Notes: generated by a model not told the origin, from the sequence alone. A stretch of 64,000 bases of DNA from Planctomycetota bacterium (GCA_004376375.1 SOJX01000079.1:54454-118453); one strand, 5' to 3'. Counted from the first letter of the stretch, positions 35,810-45,890 are shown. A program made the numbers and translations.

Positions 35810-36865
35810 TTACGGGTTCACGACAATATGTTTGTCTGTTCTTTCAGTCAGCTTGCCGATAATCCTCGCATCGGTTATTCCGCGGCCCTGAATATCTTCC
35901 AGATACGCTTGCGCATTCTTCTCAGGCAGCGCGACCAGCAGGCCGCCGGACGTCTGCGCGTCGAAAAGCACGTCCGCGACCGGCACGGGGATCGAGGCGT
36001 CAACGTCCACGGATTCCTGGATAAACTGGCGGTTCTTTATCGAGCCGCCGGGAAGAATTCCCATCTCGCAGAGCTCGACGGCTTCCGGGAAATACAGGAT
36101 TTTCGATACCTCGATTTCCGCGGTTACGTTGCTCCCGTCGACCATTTCATACATGTGTCCGAGCAGGCCGAAACCGGTCACGTCCGTGCAGGCGTGGACG
36201 CCGTGCTCGAGCATGCGCTCGGACGGGATTTTGTTGAGCTGCTCCATCACGTCCGTTATTTTCCGCGCAAGCTCTTTCTTTACAATGTCTTCCGAGCGCA
36301 TCGCGGTCGTGATGATTCCACTTCCGAGCGGTTTGGTGAGCACGAGCGCGTCGCCCGGTTTCGCGTCGGCGTTGGTTATGACTTTATCGGGATGCACCCA
36401 GCCGAGGACGGCAAGGCCGTAGTTTATCCGCTCGTCGTCCATGGTGTGGCCGCCGATGCAGACCATTTCGGCTTCCCGCATTTTCTCGGTCGCGCCTTTC
36501 AGTATTTCGCTGATTGTCTCCGACGGCACGACCGCCATGGGAAATCCGAGCAGGTTGAGGCAGGCGAACGGCGTCGCGCCCATGGCATAAACGTCGGAAA
36601 CGCAGTTCGTGACCGCGATCAGCCCGTAGGTGAACGGGTCGGGCACCACGGGCGGAAAAAAGTCGGCGGTGAAGACGAGCGCACGGTCGTCGTCGATCCG
36701 GTATACGCCTGCGTCGTCGCACGTATCGACGTCGACGAGCACGTTTTCATTAACGAGCTTCGGCAGGCCTAGCAATACCTTACGAAGGATTGCCGGATCG
36801 AGCTTGCCCGCTCACCCCGCGCACTTGGCGAATTCGAGTATCTTGACTTCGTTCGGGTCGAGCAT
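35810..36865 (-). CDS. selD: Selenide, water dikinase (selenophosphate synthetase), Sec-containing form
   Basis: MLDPNEVKILEFAKCAG-UGA(36812..36814)-AGKLDP in frame with DDAGVY, DFFPPV, SDVYAMG, GGHT, TDVTGFGLLGH, DAQTSGGLL; AAGGA RBS. Confidence 0.95.
36772..36793 (-). promoter_or_regulatory. Candidate bacterial SECIS element of selD
   Basis: GCAAT-CCTT-CGT-AAGG-T-ATTGC hairpin; GU in the apical loop, 27 nt 3' of the UGA. Confidence 0.7.
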
Positions 36866-36906
36866 GCAGTTTTTCCTTGTTGCGATGAGAGCGTCCCCAA
36901 AACTTT

Positions 36907-36935
36907 ATATTACAACTTATTGTGCGGACAGTCAA
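36907..36935 (-). promoter_or_regulatory. Sigma70-like promoter of the selD operon
   Basis: TTGACT-17nt-TAATAT. Confidence 0.5.
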
Positions 36936-36946
36936 GGGGCTTATAA

Positions 36947-37003
36947 GTGCTGGGGTGCTGGCGTGCTGGTGTGCTGGCGTTAGCGGCCGCGCTTGCGCGG
37001 CGC
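36947..37003. repeat. GTGCTGGN x4 array plus a TTAG-REP hairpin overlapping the ankyrin gene stop
   Basis: gtgctggg gtgctggc gtgctggt gtgctggc gttagcggccgcgcttgcgcggcgc. Confidence 0.7.
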
Positions 37004-37921
37004 TGATTCCCTTATTTCTTTCCCCGTCTTCCCGCCGTGCGCGCGGAGAAGGGATTTCATATTAATATTTGTCGCAAATTCCAGCGGCGTTCCACAAATA
37101 TTCGTGCCGTCATCTGGGATACCTACATCCTTTATAGGCATTTTACCCTTGTTCCGCGCGTTCACATCCGCACCTTTTTCAATCAGGAGTTTAGCGGATT
37201 CCATGTGCCCAAGCAGCGCAGCGAAATGAAGTGGCGTCCGGCCCCAGTTATCATGCACATTCACATCAGCCCCCTCTTTAACCAAGTGCCTGGCAATGTC
37301 TGTATGGCCTTTTATCATTGCGCAATGTAGAGGTTGGTAGCCTCTTCTGCCTTTTGCGTTTACGTCTGCGCCGCGTTTGATAAGAATGTTTACGATATTA
37401 CCAAGCCCGTTTTTTGCCGCCAGGTGTAAAGGTGAATAATCGTGCACGCTGTCTTTGGCATTTACATAAGCGCCATTCTCAATCAGCTCCCTGACAATCT
37501 CTTTATTCTTACAGAGTATCGCCAGCATTAGTAGGGTAAATTGCCGACCACCATTCTCATTAACGTCTGCACCGCTGCTGATCAGGAGTCTGGCGGCTGA
37601 TCGATAGTCATTCCTGATTGCCCAATACAGAGGACTACCTTTAGCTATATTCTCACCCGGTTTATTATTTCTACGCCAGTGCTTTGCAAGGAATTCAATC
37701 TCTTTTTCACTTACCTCAAGTTTATCCTGTAGAACTTTTTTCCCGCTCTGGCCCATTCCCAGCAGCACATCAACGGCCGATACCTGCTCCTTTGGATTAT
37801 CCGAGTGCAGCTTGCTGCCATAATACCGTATCTTCACCGGTGTCCATGCAAGGCAGGTTGCGATCACCGCTGCGAAAAGCAGGATTATGAAGATGGTGAG
37901 TTTGAAGGGAAGAGATTTCAT
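36980..37921 (-). CDS. Membrane-anchored ankyrin-repeat protein
   Basis: N-terminal TM; SPLHLAA, QPLHCA, TPLHFAA, GADVN repeats. Confidence 0.9.
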   Translation of the reverse strand: MKSLPFKLTIFIILLFAAVIATCLAWTPVKIRYYGSKLHSDNPKEQVSAVDVLLGMGQSGKKVLQDKLEVSEKEIEFLAKHWRRNNKPGENIAKGSPLYWAIRNDYRSAARLLISSGADVNENGGRQFTLLMLAILCKNKEIVRELIENGAYVNAKDSVHDYSPLHLAAKNGLGNIVNILIKRGADVNAKGRRGYQPLHCAMIKGHTDIARHLVKEGADVNVHDNWGRTPLHFAALLGHMESAKLLIEKGADVNARNKGKMPIKDVGIPDDGTNICGTPLEFATNINMKSLLRAHGGKTGKEIRESAPRKRGR

Positions 37922-39603
37922 TTCTTATTCTCTGTATTCTCGGGCTTCAGATAGTATTTCCGTTTATCCGCGTTCCACGCAATTCGGCGGCTGTGCGTTT
38001 CGAACCATTTTTTTACGGCTTTCGCCTGTTTTTTACGCGTTCTGTATTTTGCCTTGAAGTCATATTCGGGGAAATTTTCCGGCATACGGGAAAACACGTC
38101 CCTGTAGAACACCAGGCATATGGTTGATTCATGCGGCAGTTCATACAGGATCGCTTTTAGGTTTTCGACTTTGCCCCACCTTGCGAGTGCGAGGTGCCGG
38201 AATTGCCAGCTGCTGGTGCAGTAGAGAAAGTCGCTGGATGTACCTCCCACAAGTACAAGTGGGCCCTGCGCAAATGAAAGTGGTTCCCCAAAAGGAGGGT
38301 CCACGCCGTCGGGACTTTTCTCCCAGATCGTTACGGTTGTAAGCTCGCTGATGGCCGCCATCGAGTGGATTTCATTACTGCTGTTCGCAGCCGTTTCCTT
38401 TATTGCCGGAGAATCGATGGCTGCAAGCGCGATTACGGCCCATCCGTTTACCGTCGGCCTGCAGTGTTTTTCCTTGAGTGTTTTCATCAGGTCGCGCTCG
38501 GCCCTGATATCGCCAAGCGCGCCGAGCGCCATTATTACGCCTCTATGTTTCCAGTAGCCGTCTGTATCGTGAATTATCTTGAGCAGCGGTTCAACCGCCC
38601 GCCGGTCTCCCAGCTTTCCCAGCGCAATCGCCGCCGCTCCGTCACTATTGCCATATTTTTCTCTCAAATTTTTTATCAGAGGCTCTATTGCCCGCGGGTC
38701 GCCGATTTCACCGAGAGCTTCAGCGGCTACCCTTTGCCTGTCTGAGCCGGAGCTGTTCTGAAGCGCGTTTATGAGCGGCTCGACCGCTCGCATGTCGCCG
38801 ATAAAACCGAGGGCGTAGGCGGATTGCGAAAACACGAAGTTCTCGGGATCATTTACAAAAGCATTTATCAGCGGTTTCACCGCACGCTCGTCGCAGATTC
38901 CGCCAAGTGCCCCGGCTGCCAGGCCGCGTACACCGGTGTCGGAATCGTTTTCAAGCGCTTCTATCAGCGGTTCCATAGCGCGGATATCCCTTGTTCTGCC
39001 GAGTGCTCTGGTGACATTACATCGTGCTCTGGAGTCGGGTTCGTTTTTGAGCGCACTTTTCAGCACCCGGACGGCGTGCTCGTCGCCGATCAGGCCGAGT
39101 TCGTTTGCGACGCGCCAGCGCAGGTTGGCATCTGTCGAATTGCCGAGCAGGTAAATACATATATTTCTTTTCGCGGCCTTCTGTTTTGAAAAATACTTCC
39201 ACCTCATTTCAGGTCCCATGCCTTCTCTGTAGGCCGGAATCGCGCGACAGGCGACGACGGATGCAGCGTCCGTCAGCTTCGAGGGATTACCTTTCAGGAT
39301 TGACTCAAGCTCGGGCAGCGCTTTCTCCCATAAATCGCCTTCCATCCTGTCCAGTGCAAGACATGCCCAATGCGTCAGCTTCTCATCGTACGATATCAGC
39401 CACCGGCGCACGTAAGGAATTGCTTTTAAACCTTCTGCGGCGACTTTCTTTACGGCGTTTGCGCGGACCGTCTTATCGTCGGAGCGCAGATGCGATCTGT
39501 AGCGCATATATCTCACCGGTGTCCAGAGCATGCAGGTCGCGATTACCGCCGCGAAGAGCAGGACGATGAAGATGGTGAGTTTGAGGGGGAGGCTGAGTTT
39601 CAT
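37918..39603 (-). CDS. Membrane-anchored HEAT/PBS-lyase-repeat protein
   Basis: Repeated A..ALG.IGD.RAVEPLI.AL units; N-terminus nearly identical to that of the downstream ankyrin protein. Confidence 0.9.
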   Translation of the reverse strand: MKLSLPLKLTIFIVLLFAAVIATCMLWTPVRYMRYRSHLRSDDKTVRANAVKKVAAEGLKAIPYVRRWLISYDEKLTHWACLALDRMEGDLWEKALPELESILKGNPSKLTDAASVVACRAIPAYREGMGPEMRWKYFSKQKAAKRNICIYLLGNSTDANLRWRVANELGLIGDEHAVRVLKSALKNEPDSRARCNVTRALGRTRDIRAMEPLIEALENDSDTGVRGLAAGALGGICDERAVKPLINAFVNDPENFVFSQSAYALGFIGDMRAVEPLINALQNSSGSDRQRVAAEALGEIGDPRAIEPLIKNLREKYGNSDGAAAIALGKLGDRRAVEPLLKIIHDTDGYWKHRGVIMALGALGDIRAERDLMKTLKEKHCRPTVNGWAVIALAAIDSPAIKETAANSSNEIHSMAAISELTTVTIWEKSPDGVDPPFGEPLSFAQGPLVLVGGTSSDFLYCTSSWQFRHLALARWGKVENLKAILYELPHESTICLVFYRDVFSRMPENFPEYDFKAKYRTRKKQAKAVKKWFETHSRRIAWNADKRKYYLKPENTENKK

Positions 39604-39621
39604 AAAACCGTTTTGATTCGG

Positions 39622-39660
39622 CTTAAACTTTTTACTTACAACTTAAAACTTATAACTTTA
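39622..39660. repeat. AACTTAT-type heptamer array
   Basis: aaacttt ttactta caactta aaactta taacttt; same family as 11200..11231. Confidence 0.65.
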
Positions 39661-39888
39661 TTATTTCTCATCCATCAGCCGCATATAGGCGACTTCCTCG
39701 ATGCGGAAGGAGATGCCGCTGACGTTGATGAAACCGCGGGTCATGTCCTTGTGCATTACCATGCGGACGATTTTCTGGAACGCTTTTTCTCTCGTCTTGG
39801 CCTTGTCTTCTTCCTTGGCGGGCGTGGCGTCGAACTCGACGACCTGGTCGTGGCCGTTTTTGAAGCCAAGCAGCACATGTATTTTCAT
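39661..39888 (-). CDS. Small hypothetical protein
   Basis: MKIHVLLGFKNG..., host-like codon usage. Confidence 0.6.
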   Translation of the reverse strand: MKIHVLLGFKNGHDQVVEFDATPAKEEDKAKTREKAFQKIVRMVMHKDMTRGFINVSGISFRIEEVAYMRLMDEK

Positions 39889-40031
39889 GGCAGACCCCGT
39901 TTCATCGGCAGGTAAGGTTATCGATATTGTACAGCCCAAATAACAGAATTCAACCGGAAAGCGTTTTGCGTCGGGGTACCACCTGTAATATAATACCGGC
40001 GATTGCAATCGAGGCCGCGGAGGAGAAAACC

Positions 40032-41207
40032 ATGCGTAATCTTGACAGCGCCCGAAAATACATGCTGGAAAACGGAATCGACTGCTGGCTGGTCTACGAC
40101 TTCCGCGGCAGCAATCCCGTCCTCGCGCAACTGCTTGAGGCCGGCGTCGCCACCTCGCGCAGAAGCTTTCTTGTCATACCCGCGAAGGGCGAGCCGGTGA
40201 TACTCACGCACGTTATTGAGAGCACGTCGTATCCCGACATGCCGGTCGAGATTGAATATTACGTGAGCTGGGAAGAGCTGAAAGAAAAGCTCGGCGAAAA
40301 GCTCAAAGGCTGTAAGAAAGTTGCGATGGAATACTTCCCCGAGGGGATGATCCCCACGATGTCCATCGTCGACGGCGGTACGCTCGAGCTCGTCAGGTCG
40401 CTCGGGGTCGAGGTCGTTACATCGGCTGACCTTTTCCAGCTCGCCGCGGCCACCTGGGACGAGACCGGCCTGAAGTCGCATCTCTCCGCGGCGGACATTG
40501 TGACAAAGGTTATCGGGCGCGCTTTCAGTTTTATTGGAGAAACCCTTCGGGAAGGAAAGAATCTGACAGAATACGATGTGCAGATGTTTATCCGGGACAG
40601 GCTGGTTAACCGGGGTTTCGAGCCTCCCGGCCATCCGATCGTCGCCGTGAACGAAAACAGCGGCAACCCGCATTACTTCCCCACTGAGGAGAAGCACTCG
40701 CCCATCACCGCCGGCGACTGGGTCCTTATCGACATGTGGGGGAGGCTTAAAGGAGAGCAGACCATCGCGGCGGACATAACGTGGGTCGGCTACGCCGGCA
40801 AGGATATCCCGCAGAAGATGCAGGAAATCTTTGATATAGTCGTCGACGCCCGCAACCTCGTGGTGGAGCGGCTGAAACAGGCCTGGTCATCCGGCGAGAA
40901 ACTCAAGGGCTATATGCTTGACGACGTCGCGCGGGAGAGGATCCGCGGGGCCGGTTACGGCGAATATTTTACCCACCGCACGGGCCACAACATCGGGCCG
41001 GGAGATTTTTCGCACGGGCTCGGCGTGAACCTGGATAATCTCGAAACCCACGATGCGCGGGAGATATTGCCGGACATCGGTTTTTCCGTCGAGCCCGGAA
41101 TATATCTGCCCGAGTTCGGCGTCCGCTCGGAAATCGACGTATTCATGTCCCCCGACGGCCCCCTCGTCACAACCTCCCCGCAGAAAGAGATCATTAAAAT
41201 ATTGTAG
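40032..41207 (+). CDS. M24-family Xaa-Pro aminopeptidase
   Basis: NSGNPHY, LIDMW, ADITW, FTHRTGH, FSVEPGIY, GVRSE; GGAGGAG RBS. Confidence 0.92.
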   Translation: MRNLDSARKYMLENGIDCWLVYDFRGSNPVLAQLLEAGVATSRRSFLVIPAKGEPVILTHVIESTSYPDMPVEIEYYVSWEELKEKLGEKLKGCKKVAMEYFPEGMIPTMSIVDGGTLELVRSLGVEVVTSADLFQLAAATWDETGLKSHLSAADIVTKVIGRAFSFIGETLREGKNLTEYDVQMFIRDRLVNRGFEPPGHPIVAVNENSGNPHYFPTEEKHSPITAGDWVLIDMWGRLKGEQTIAADITWVGYAGKDIPQKMQEIFDIVVDARNLVVERLKQAWSSGEKLKGYMLDDVARERIRGAGYGEYFTHRTGHNIGPGDFSHGLGVNLDNLETHDAREILPDIGFSVEPGIYLPEFGVRSEIDVFMSPDGPLVTTSPQKEIIKIL

Positions 41208-41385
41208 GAGCCTGGTACGCCAGGCTCGAATTGCAGGTGCGCAACGCGCTGCGCCCGATACGGGAACATGCATAGGTTTTACGAAGTAAAACCGGCGCGT
41301 GTCCCCGGAAATTAATGGATTATGCAATCCCGGGAGATTTGTTTTGATTGGCATATCATCATAAATGTCGGTATAATTCCCACGC

Positions 41386-41961
41386 ATGGCGAAAAAGAAG
41401 AAACGAAAAACACGCGTCTTTAAAATACCGCGCCTGATTCAGCTGGACGGTGCTGCATTTCTCGCCCTTATTACTGCGGCCGCGGAGGTTTACAAGAAAG
41501 AATGCTATGGTTTTCTGGTCGGTTTCAGGCGAAAAGCACGGATTCGTATCAAGGCCGCGATAGCCGTCCAGACGGCTGAACGGCATTTCCGAGAAGTTCA
41601 GATCCCCTGGGACCGCTACCGCAGCATCCAGCGTATTATGAAAGATCTGCCCCGCCGCCAGGTCGTCGGCGAATTCCACAGCCATCCGTCATGGGGAACA
41701 CTCCGCGGGGTAACAAAGCTTTCGCGATGGGACCTGGTTGACAATGAGGTCGGCAGCGTTCAGATCGTGATTGCCGTGAATGACCGCCGCCGGAAGGCGC
41801 CGTGGCGTATTACAAAAAAAGGTATGATTACCGGCATCCTGGGAAACGTGCATCTGCAACTGAAGGGATATTACATCGTAGCCACGCCTGAAGGCAAAAA
41901 AAAGGGTGTGCCGGTAAAACTGACGTGCGACCTTCTCAAGCCTCGCAGTACTAAAAGCTGA
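41386..41961 (+). CDS. JAB/MPN (Mov34) domain metalloprotease
   Basis: KECYGFLVG and VVGEFHSHP...LSRWD (E...HxH...S..D). Confidence 0.8.
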   Translation: MAKKKKRKTRVFKIPRLIQLDGAAFLALITAAAEVYKKECYGFLVGFRRKARIRIKAAIAVQTAERHFREVQIPWDRYRSIQRIMKDLPRRQVVGEFHSHPSWGTLRGVTKLSRWDLVDNEVGSVQIVIAVNDRRRKAPWRITKKGMITGILGNVHLQLKGYYIVATPEGKKKGVPVKLTCDLLKPRSTKS

Positions 41962-42056
41962 TTGATCATTATATGACTTTACCTGTTGTGAGTATTCAGG
42001 TATATAAGATTAATGCCCGCCAATAATGATTTCGGTATTTTCCAACTGGAGGAATT

Positions 42057-43178
42057 GTGGGTAAGACATCCGAATCGCTTGGATCCATGAATATCACCAG
42101 GCCTGCGCTGATTCTCGACAGGAAAAGGGTGATAAGGAATATTGAAAAGATGGCGCGCAAAGCTAATTCTGCGCGAATCAGGTTCAGGCCGCACTTCAAG
42201 ACGCACCAGTCGGCTGAGATCGGCAAATGGTTCAGGGAATTCGGCGTAGAGGCGATTACGGTTTCCTCGGTTGATATGGCGGAATACTTCGCCAGGAGCG
42301 GCTGGTCGGATATCACTGTCGCATTCATTGCCAATATTGTTCAAATGGAGGAAATCAATTCGCTGGCAGGCAAGGTGAAGCTGAACCTGGTTGTGGATTC
42401 CGCCAGGACTGCGACAGCGCTTGAAGAACATCTGAATCACAAGGTCCGCGTCTGGATAAAAGTAAATGCAGGCTATCCGAGAACAGGGATACTGTGGAGC
42501 CGGTTTGAGGAGATCATTTCGCTCGCACGTTTTCTGAAAAGTTCTTCCAGGCTTGACCTTTGCGGACTGCTCACCCACAGCGGTCACAGCTACCATTCCT
42601 CCGGAGCGGACGAGATTATCGGGATCCACAAGGAAACAGTATCGCGCCTGTCGGAGGTGAAAGAAAAGCTCGAGGCCGCAGGCGTTCAGCCTGTCGAAAT
42701 CTCAATCGGCGATACTCCAACGTGCAGCATTGTGGACGATTTTGCGGGAGTTGACGAGATAAGGCCGGGCAATTTTGTGTTCCATGATCTGATGCAGCTC
42801 GAGCTCGGCACCTGCGCGGACGAAGCTATTGCCCTTGCAGTGGCCTGCCCGATAGTCGGCAGGTACCCCGAGCGTAACCAGATTGCAATCTACGGGGGTG
42901 CGGCACACCTGTCGAAGGACTACATTCTTGACAGGGATGGAAAGGCGATATTCGGCTGCCTGACTTCACTCGAAGGCGGGACGTTCGGCCCGGCGGACAT
43001 GAAAGCGCGCATCGTATCTCTTTCACAGGAGCACGGTACAGTACAGTTGGACGGCGGCTTATTTGAAAAATATGCAAATGAAGATTTTGCCCTGGTTTTT
43101 CCGGTCCATTCGTGCCTGACTGCTCTCATGCACAAAGGGTACAGGACAATGGATGGGGAAACTGTTCCGATTCTGTAG
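42057..43178 (+). CDS. PLP-dependent D-threonine aldolase/D-serine dehydratase-like (alanine racemase fold)
   Basis: RPHFKTH, HSGHSY, GDTP, EIRPGNFVF.D, LSQEHG, HSC. Confidence 0.88.
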   Translation: MGKTSESLGSMNITRPALILDRKRVIRNIEKMARKANSARIRFRPHFKTHQSAEIGKWFREFGVEAITVSSVDMAEYFARSGWSDITVAFIANIVQMEEINSLAGKVKLNLVVDSARTATALEEHLNHKVRVWIKVNAGYPRTGILWSRFEEIISLARFLKSSSRLDLCGLLTHSGHSYHSSGADEIIGIHKETVSRLSEVKEKLEAAGVQPVEISIGDTPTCSIVDDFAGVDEIRPGNFVFHDLMQLELGTCADEAIALAVACPIVGRYPERNQIAIYGGAAHLSKDYILDRDGKAIFGCLTSLEGGTFGPADMKARIVSLSQEHGTVQLDGGLFEKYANEDFALVFPVHSCLTALMHKGYRTMDGETVPIL

Positions 43179-43255
43179 AGATGAAGGAACAGGTTGACCG
43201 AGTGATGAAATGCAGGCGAGCGTCCTGCAACAAGATGGTTATTGCATAAGTATTT

Positions 43256-44134
43256 TTATATTGGAGCAACACCACCGGCGGCGATTCCCATGCCGTTCGG
43301 CGGTCCGGTTACCGTGCGGTGTTCAGCAGGTTCGGCGGCGGGCGCCGTTGTTCCGCTTCTGACCGCGCTCGGTGCACCTCCGGGCTGAATGAGAGGCGGG
43401 GGAATTGTCTGCGTAAAGCCCGGCTGCGGCTGCCCAGGAAGTGCGGCTCCGTTTCGTGGCGGCGGCTTAATTGCCGCTGTGCGCGCATCCCCGAAGACCG
43501 GGCGGCCGCAGAATTGGCAGTCAACCTGCGGCGCGGGCAGCTTGTTTTTGCAATGCGGACACGTGATCGTGGTTGGTTGAATTGTTTCCTCTTCCTCTTC
43601 TTTTTCAGTCGCCAGCGATAATCCGAGAAGTATCAGGCTCATAATAAGGCCGCCGAGCCCGCCAAAAGCAAGTGCGGTTATCGCCCCGACGGATGCTTTT
43701 GCGCAGAGCATTGCAATAAGCACAATACCCAGTCCCCACCAGATAAAGGGGAATTTTCCAAACTCGGGCTGGCGGCGTTCCTGTTCGACCGCTTCCTCGA
43801 GCGCCAGCGCATCGTGTACCCGTCTGATTACTCGGTCACGTTTCTTCTTTTTGTCGGTGGCCTGGGCAAGGTTGTAAAGATATGTCCTGTATCGCTCAAT
43901 ATCGGCAGCGTCAATATAATAGGTAAAGTTCTTTCGCTCGCGCATCTTGTCGCGTATCTGCTGCGTGAGGACTTTGCCGCGTTTGACATACAGTATGAAA
44001 TTGTCAGTGCCCCGCGCCTGCGCGTAGATTGGAAAGAGCAATCTTCGACCGACTTCGAAGTCGGTGACTGATATTTTTACATATCTAATGGCCATAATTA
44101 CGCCTTTTAGTCCTCCATTTTCGTTATCGGCCAT
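43256..44134 (-). CDS. Hypothetical membrane protein with zinc ribbon and Pro-rich tail (start uncertain)
   Basis: Two TM segments, CPHC...CQFC. Confidence 0.65.
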   Translation of the reverse strand: MADNENGGLKGVIMAIRYVKISVTDFEVGRRLLFPIYAQARGTDNFILYVKRGKVLTQQIRDKMRERKNFTYYIDAADIERYRTYLYNLAQATDKKKKRDRVIRRVHDALALEEAVEQERRQPEFGKFPFIWWGLGIVLIAMLCAKASVGAITALAFGGLGGLIMSLILLGLSLATEKEEEEETIQPTTITCPHCKNKLPAPQVDCQFCGRPVFGDARTAAIKPPPRNGAALPGQPQPGFTQTIPPPLIQPGGAPSAVRSGTTAPAAEPAEHRTVTGPPNGMGIAAGGVAPI

Positions 44135-44226
44135 TACGCGCAAACGCTTCAGGAAATCCTTAACCGCTGAAGCCGGATCGGATTATGTACATTTATCGGC
44201 TTGTTTTTCCTTTACGGCCGTGTTGA

Positions 44227-44266
44227 TGCTATTCCGCTTGACAAGGTGCTATTCCCACATTATAGT
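44227..44266 (+). promoter_or_regulatory. Sigma70-like promoter with a TGCTATTCC direct repeat
   Basis: TTGACA(44238)-17nt-TATAGT; TGCTATTCC at 44227 and 44247. Confidence 0.55.
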
Positions 44267-44306
44267 GGTATCAATTGGTTTTCCGGAAGGGAGAATCTGT
44301 ATCTAC

Positions 44307-45890
44307 ATGGACGAGTGGAATTTCCCATTATCGGTCGTGGTGGTTATCGGCTTTATCGTCGGCGGTATCCTGTTTACCGGAGCATTGGGGCCGCTAACAT
44401 CCCGACCGTCGGACGTTGCTGAAGATGCAACCCTGGAGCAGACCGCAGCTTCCGTCATATGGCGGGAGGCGGTTCCGTCTTTCGTCGGTGTAGCCGGGAA
44501 TAAGAAACTTTCCCTCGGAGAGAAGCATCTGGTGCGCAGCCAGGAATTTTATGACCTGGCAAATATGCTGCACGATCTGGCCCTGATCACCCGCCCGCAT
44601 AACCCTGAGGTTACTCCTTTCACTCAGAAGGAAGATCCGCGTGCCGCGGCGTTAAGGGAAAAAATTGATGCCGCCGGCCCCTTGCTCGTAAAGCCGGTTC
44701 AGGTCCTGGTAAAGCTGACTTACTTTTCCAAAGAAATTTCGGCGCTGAATAATGAACTGGCTCAACTTGATGAAGAACTGAAAAAGGTTTCGGACAACAG
44801 GAAGAAATCTGAATTAAACAGAAAAAAAGGGAGCCTGCGTAAAGAGAGAAATGAATTTATCAGAAAAGGGGCCATCATACAGCAGTGGGTGGCGGTTACG
44901 TTGGGTGTCGCGGGGGAGCACTGCGGCGACTGGTTTGCGGAGGAGCTTGCCGGGCATATCAGCAAAACCACGGCACGCGACGTGGACGATATGAACCCGA
45001 AGGCCCGCGAGCTTGCGGGCGAGCTTGCCGCTCTTTCTGACAAGCCTTTGCCTGCGGACATTCGTATCATTTCAGGACCGGCCCGGGAGATTGTCCGAAA
45101 GCTTGGAAAGATGCCGGAATCTGAGGCGTGGGCGTTTCTGGCTGCGGTGTATTCCGACGACTGGAAGAATCGTCCATGGTTGAAGATTATCGGCGCATGG
45201 TTTGCCGGAAACTTTTTGTTTGAAAGCGCCTGGGAATGGTTCGGGGAAAAGAGAAATAATTCCGAAAGGCCGAAACCGTTTGTGCGAAACCTGCTGGTTT
45301 ATTCCATTAGCAGGATCCCCGGCGGGAGGGAAATGCTGCTCGAGAAGTTACCCGCATTGACCGAGCCCGGTGACAGAAGGTCTGTTATTCAGGCGCTTGC
45401 CCGCGGCAAATATATGCCTGCTTTGCCGGTACTCAAACGCATGGCCCATGCAAAGACTTCGCACATTGAAGGCTTTGGCGGTCCCGAGGCCGCGAAGACG
45501 TCCAACCAGATTAATGCGGCTATTGCGCTGCGCCATTTCGCGACTGCTGATGTCGCATCCTTCTGCCGCTCATTGTTTGATAACGAGAACATTCGCAGAG
45601 ATGCGCGTGGGCACGCGCTGGAATCTTTCGCCGCCATTGTGCAGGAAAATGCGATTGACGACCTTGCCGGGATCTTCCATTTGAAGGATGATGAGGAGGA
45701 AAAACTGGCGGTAGTCGGCGCCTTGTGGCAGATAAAGACCGTGGAAGCTTTTCAGTTCCTGGACGAGGTTTCTCTTTTTGATCCGAGTGTCAGGATCCGC
45801 GGCAGGGCTGAGGCCGGGGCAAACAAGCTTCGCGGGGAAATCGGCGATAAACTGGAAAATACGGAGAGCGGACAGCCGGGAACGCCTTAG
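44307..45890 (+). CDS. Membrane-anchored HEAT-repeat-like protein
   Basis: N-terminal TM, coiled coil, C-terminal HEAT-like units (DPSVRIRGRA). Confidence 0.65.
   Translation: MDEWNFPLSVVVVIGFIVGGILFTGALGPLTSRPSDVAEDATLEQTAASVIWREAVPSFVGVAGNKKLSLGEKHLVRSQEFYDLANMLHDLALITRPHNPEVTPFTQKEDPRAAALREKIDAAGPLLVKPVQVLVKLTYFSKEISALNNELAQLDEELKKVSDNRKKSELNRKKGSLRKERNEFIRKGAIIQQWVAVTLGVAGEHCGDWFAEELAGHISKTTARDVDDMNPKARELAGELAALSDKPLPADIRIISGPAREIVRKLGKMPESEAWAFLAAVYSDDWKNRPWLKIIGAWFAGNFLFESAWEWFGEKRNNSERPKPFVRNLLVYSISRIPGGREMLLEKLPALTEPGDRRSVIQALARGKYMPALPVLKRMAHAKTSHIEGFGGPEAAKTSNQINAAIALRHFATADVASFCRSLFDNENIRRDARGHALESFAAIVQENAIDDLAGIFHLKDDEEEKLAVVGALWQIKTVEAFQFLDEVSLFDPSVRIRGRAEAGANKLRGEIGDKLENTESGQPGTP

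Noticed and set aside
35810-36775. ORF-track start of selD at 36775
   Set aside because: It omits the catalytic N-terminus; an upstream in-frame ATG with RBS, UGA and SECIS-like hairpin explains the gene better
41386-41961. JAB gene as CBASS Cap3 or a defence island
   Set aside because: No CD-NTase, E1/E2 or effector nearby; neighbours are housekeeping enzymes
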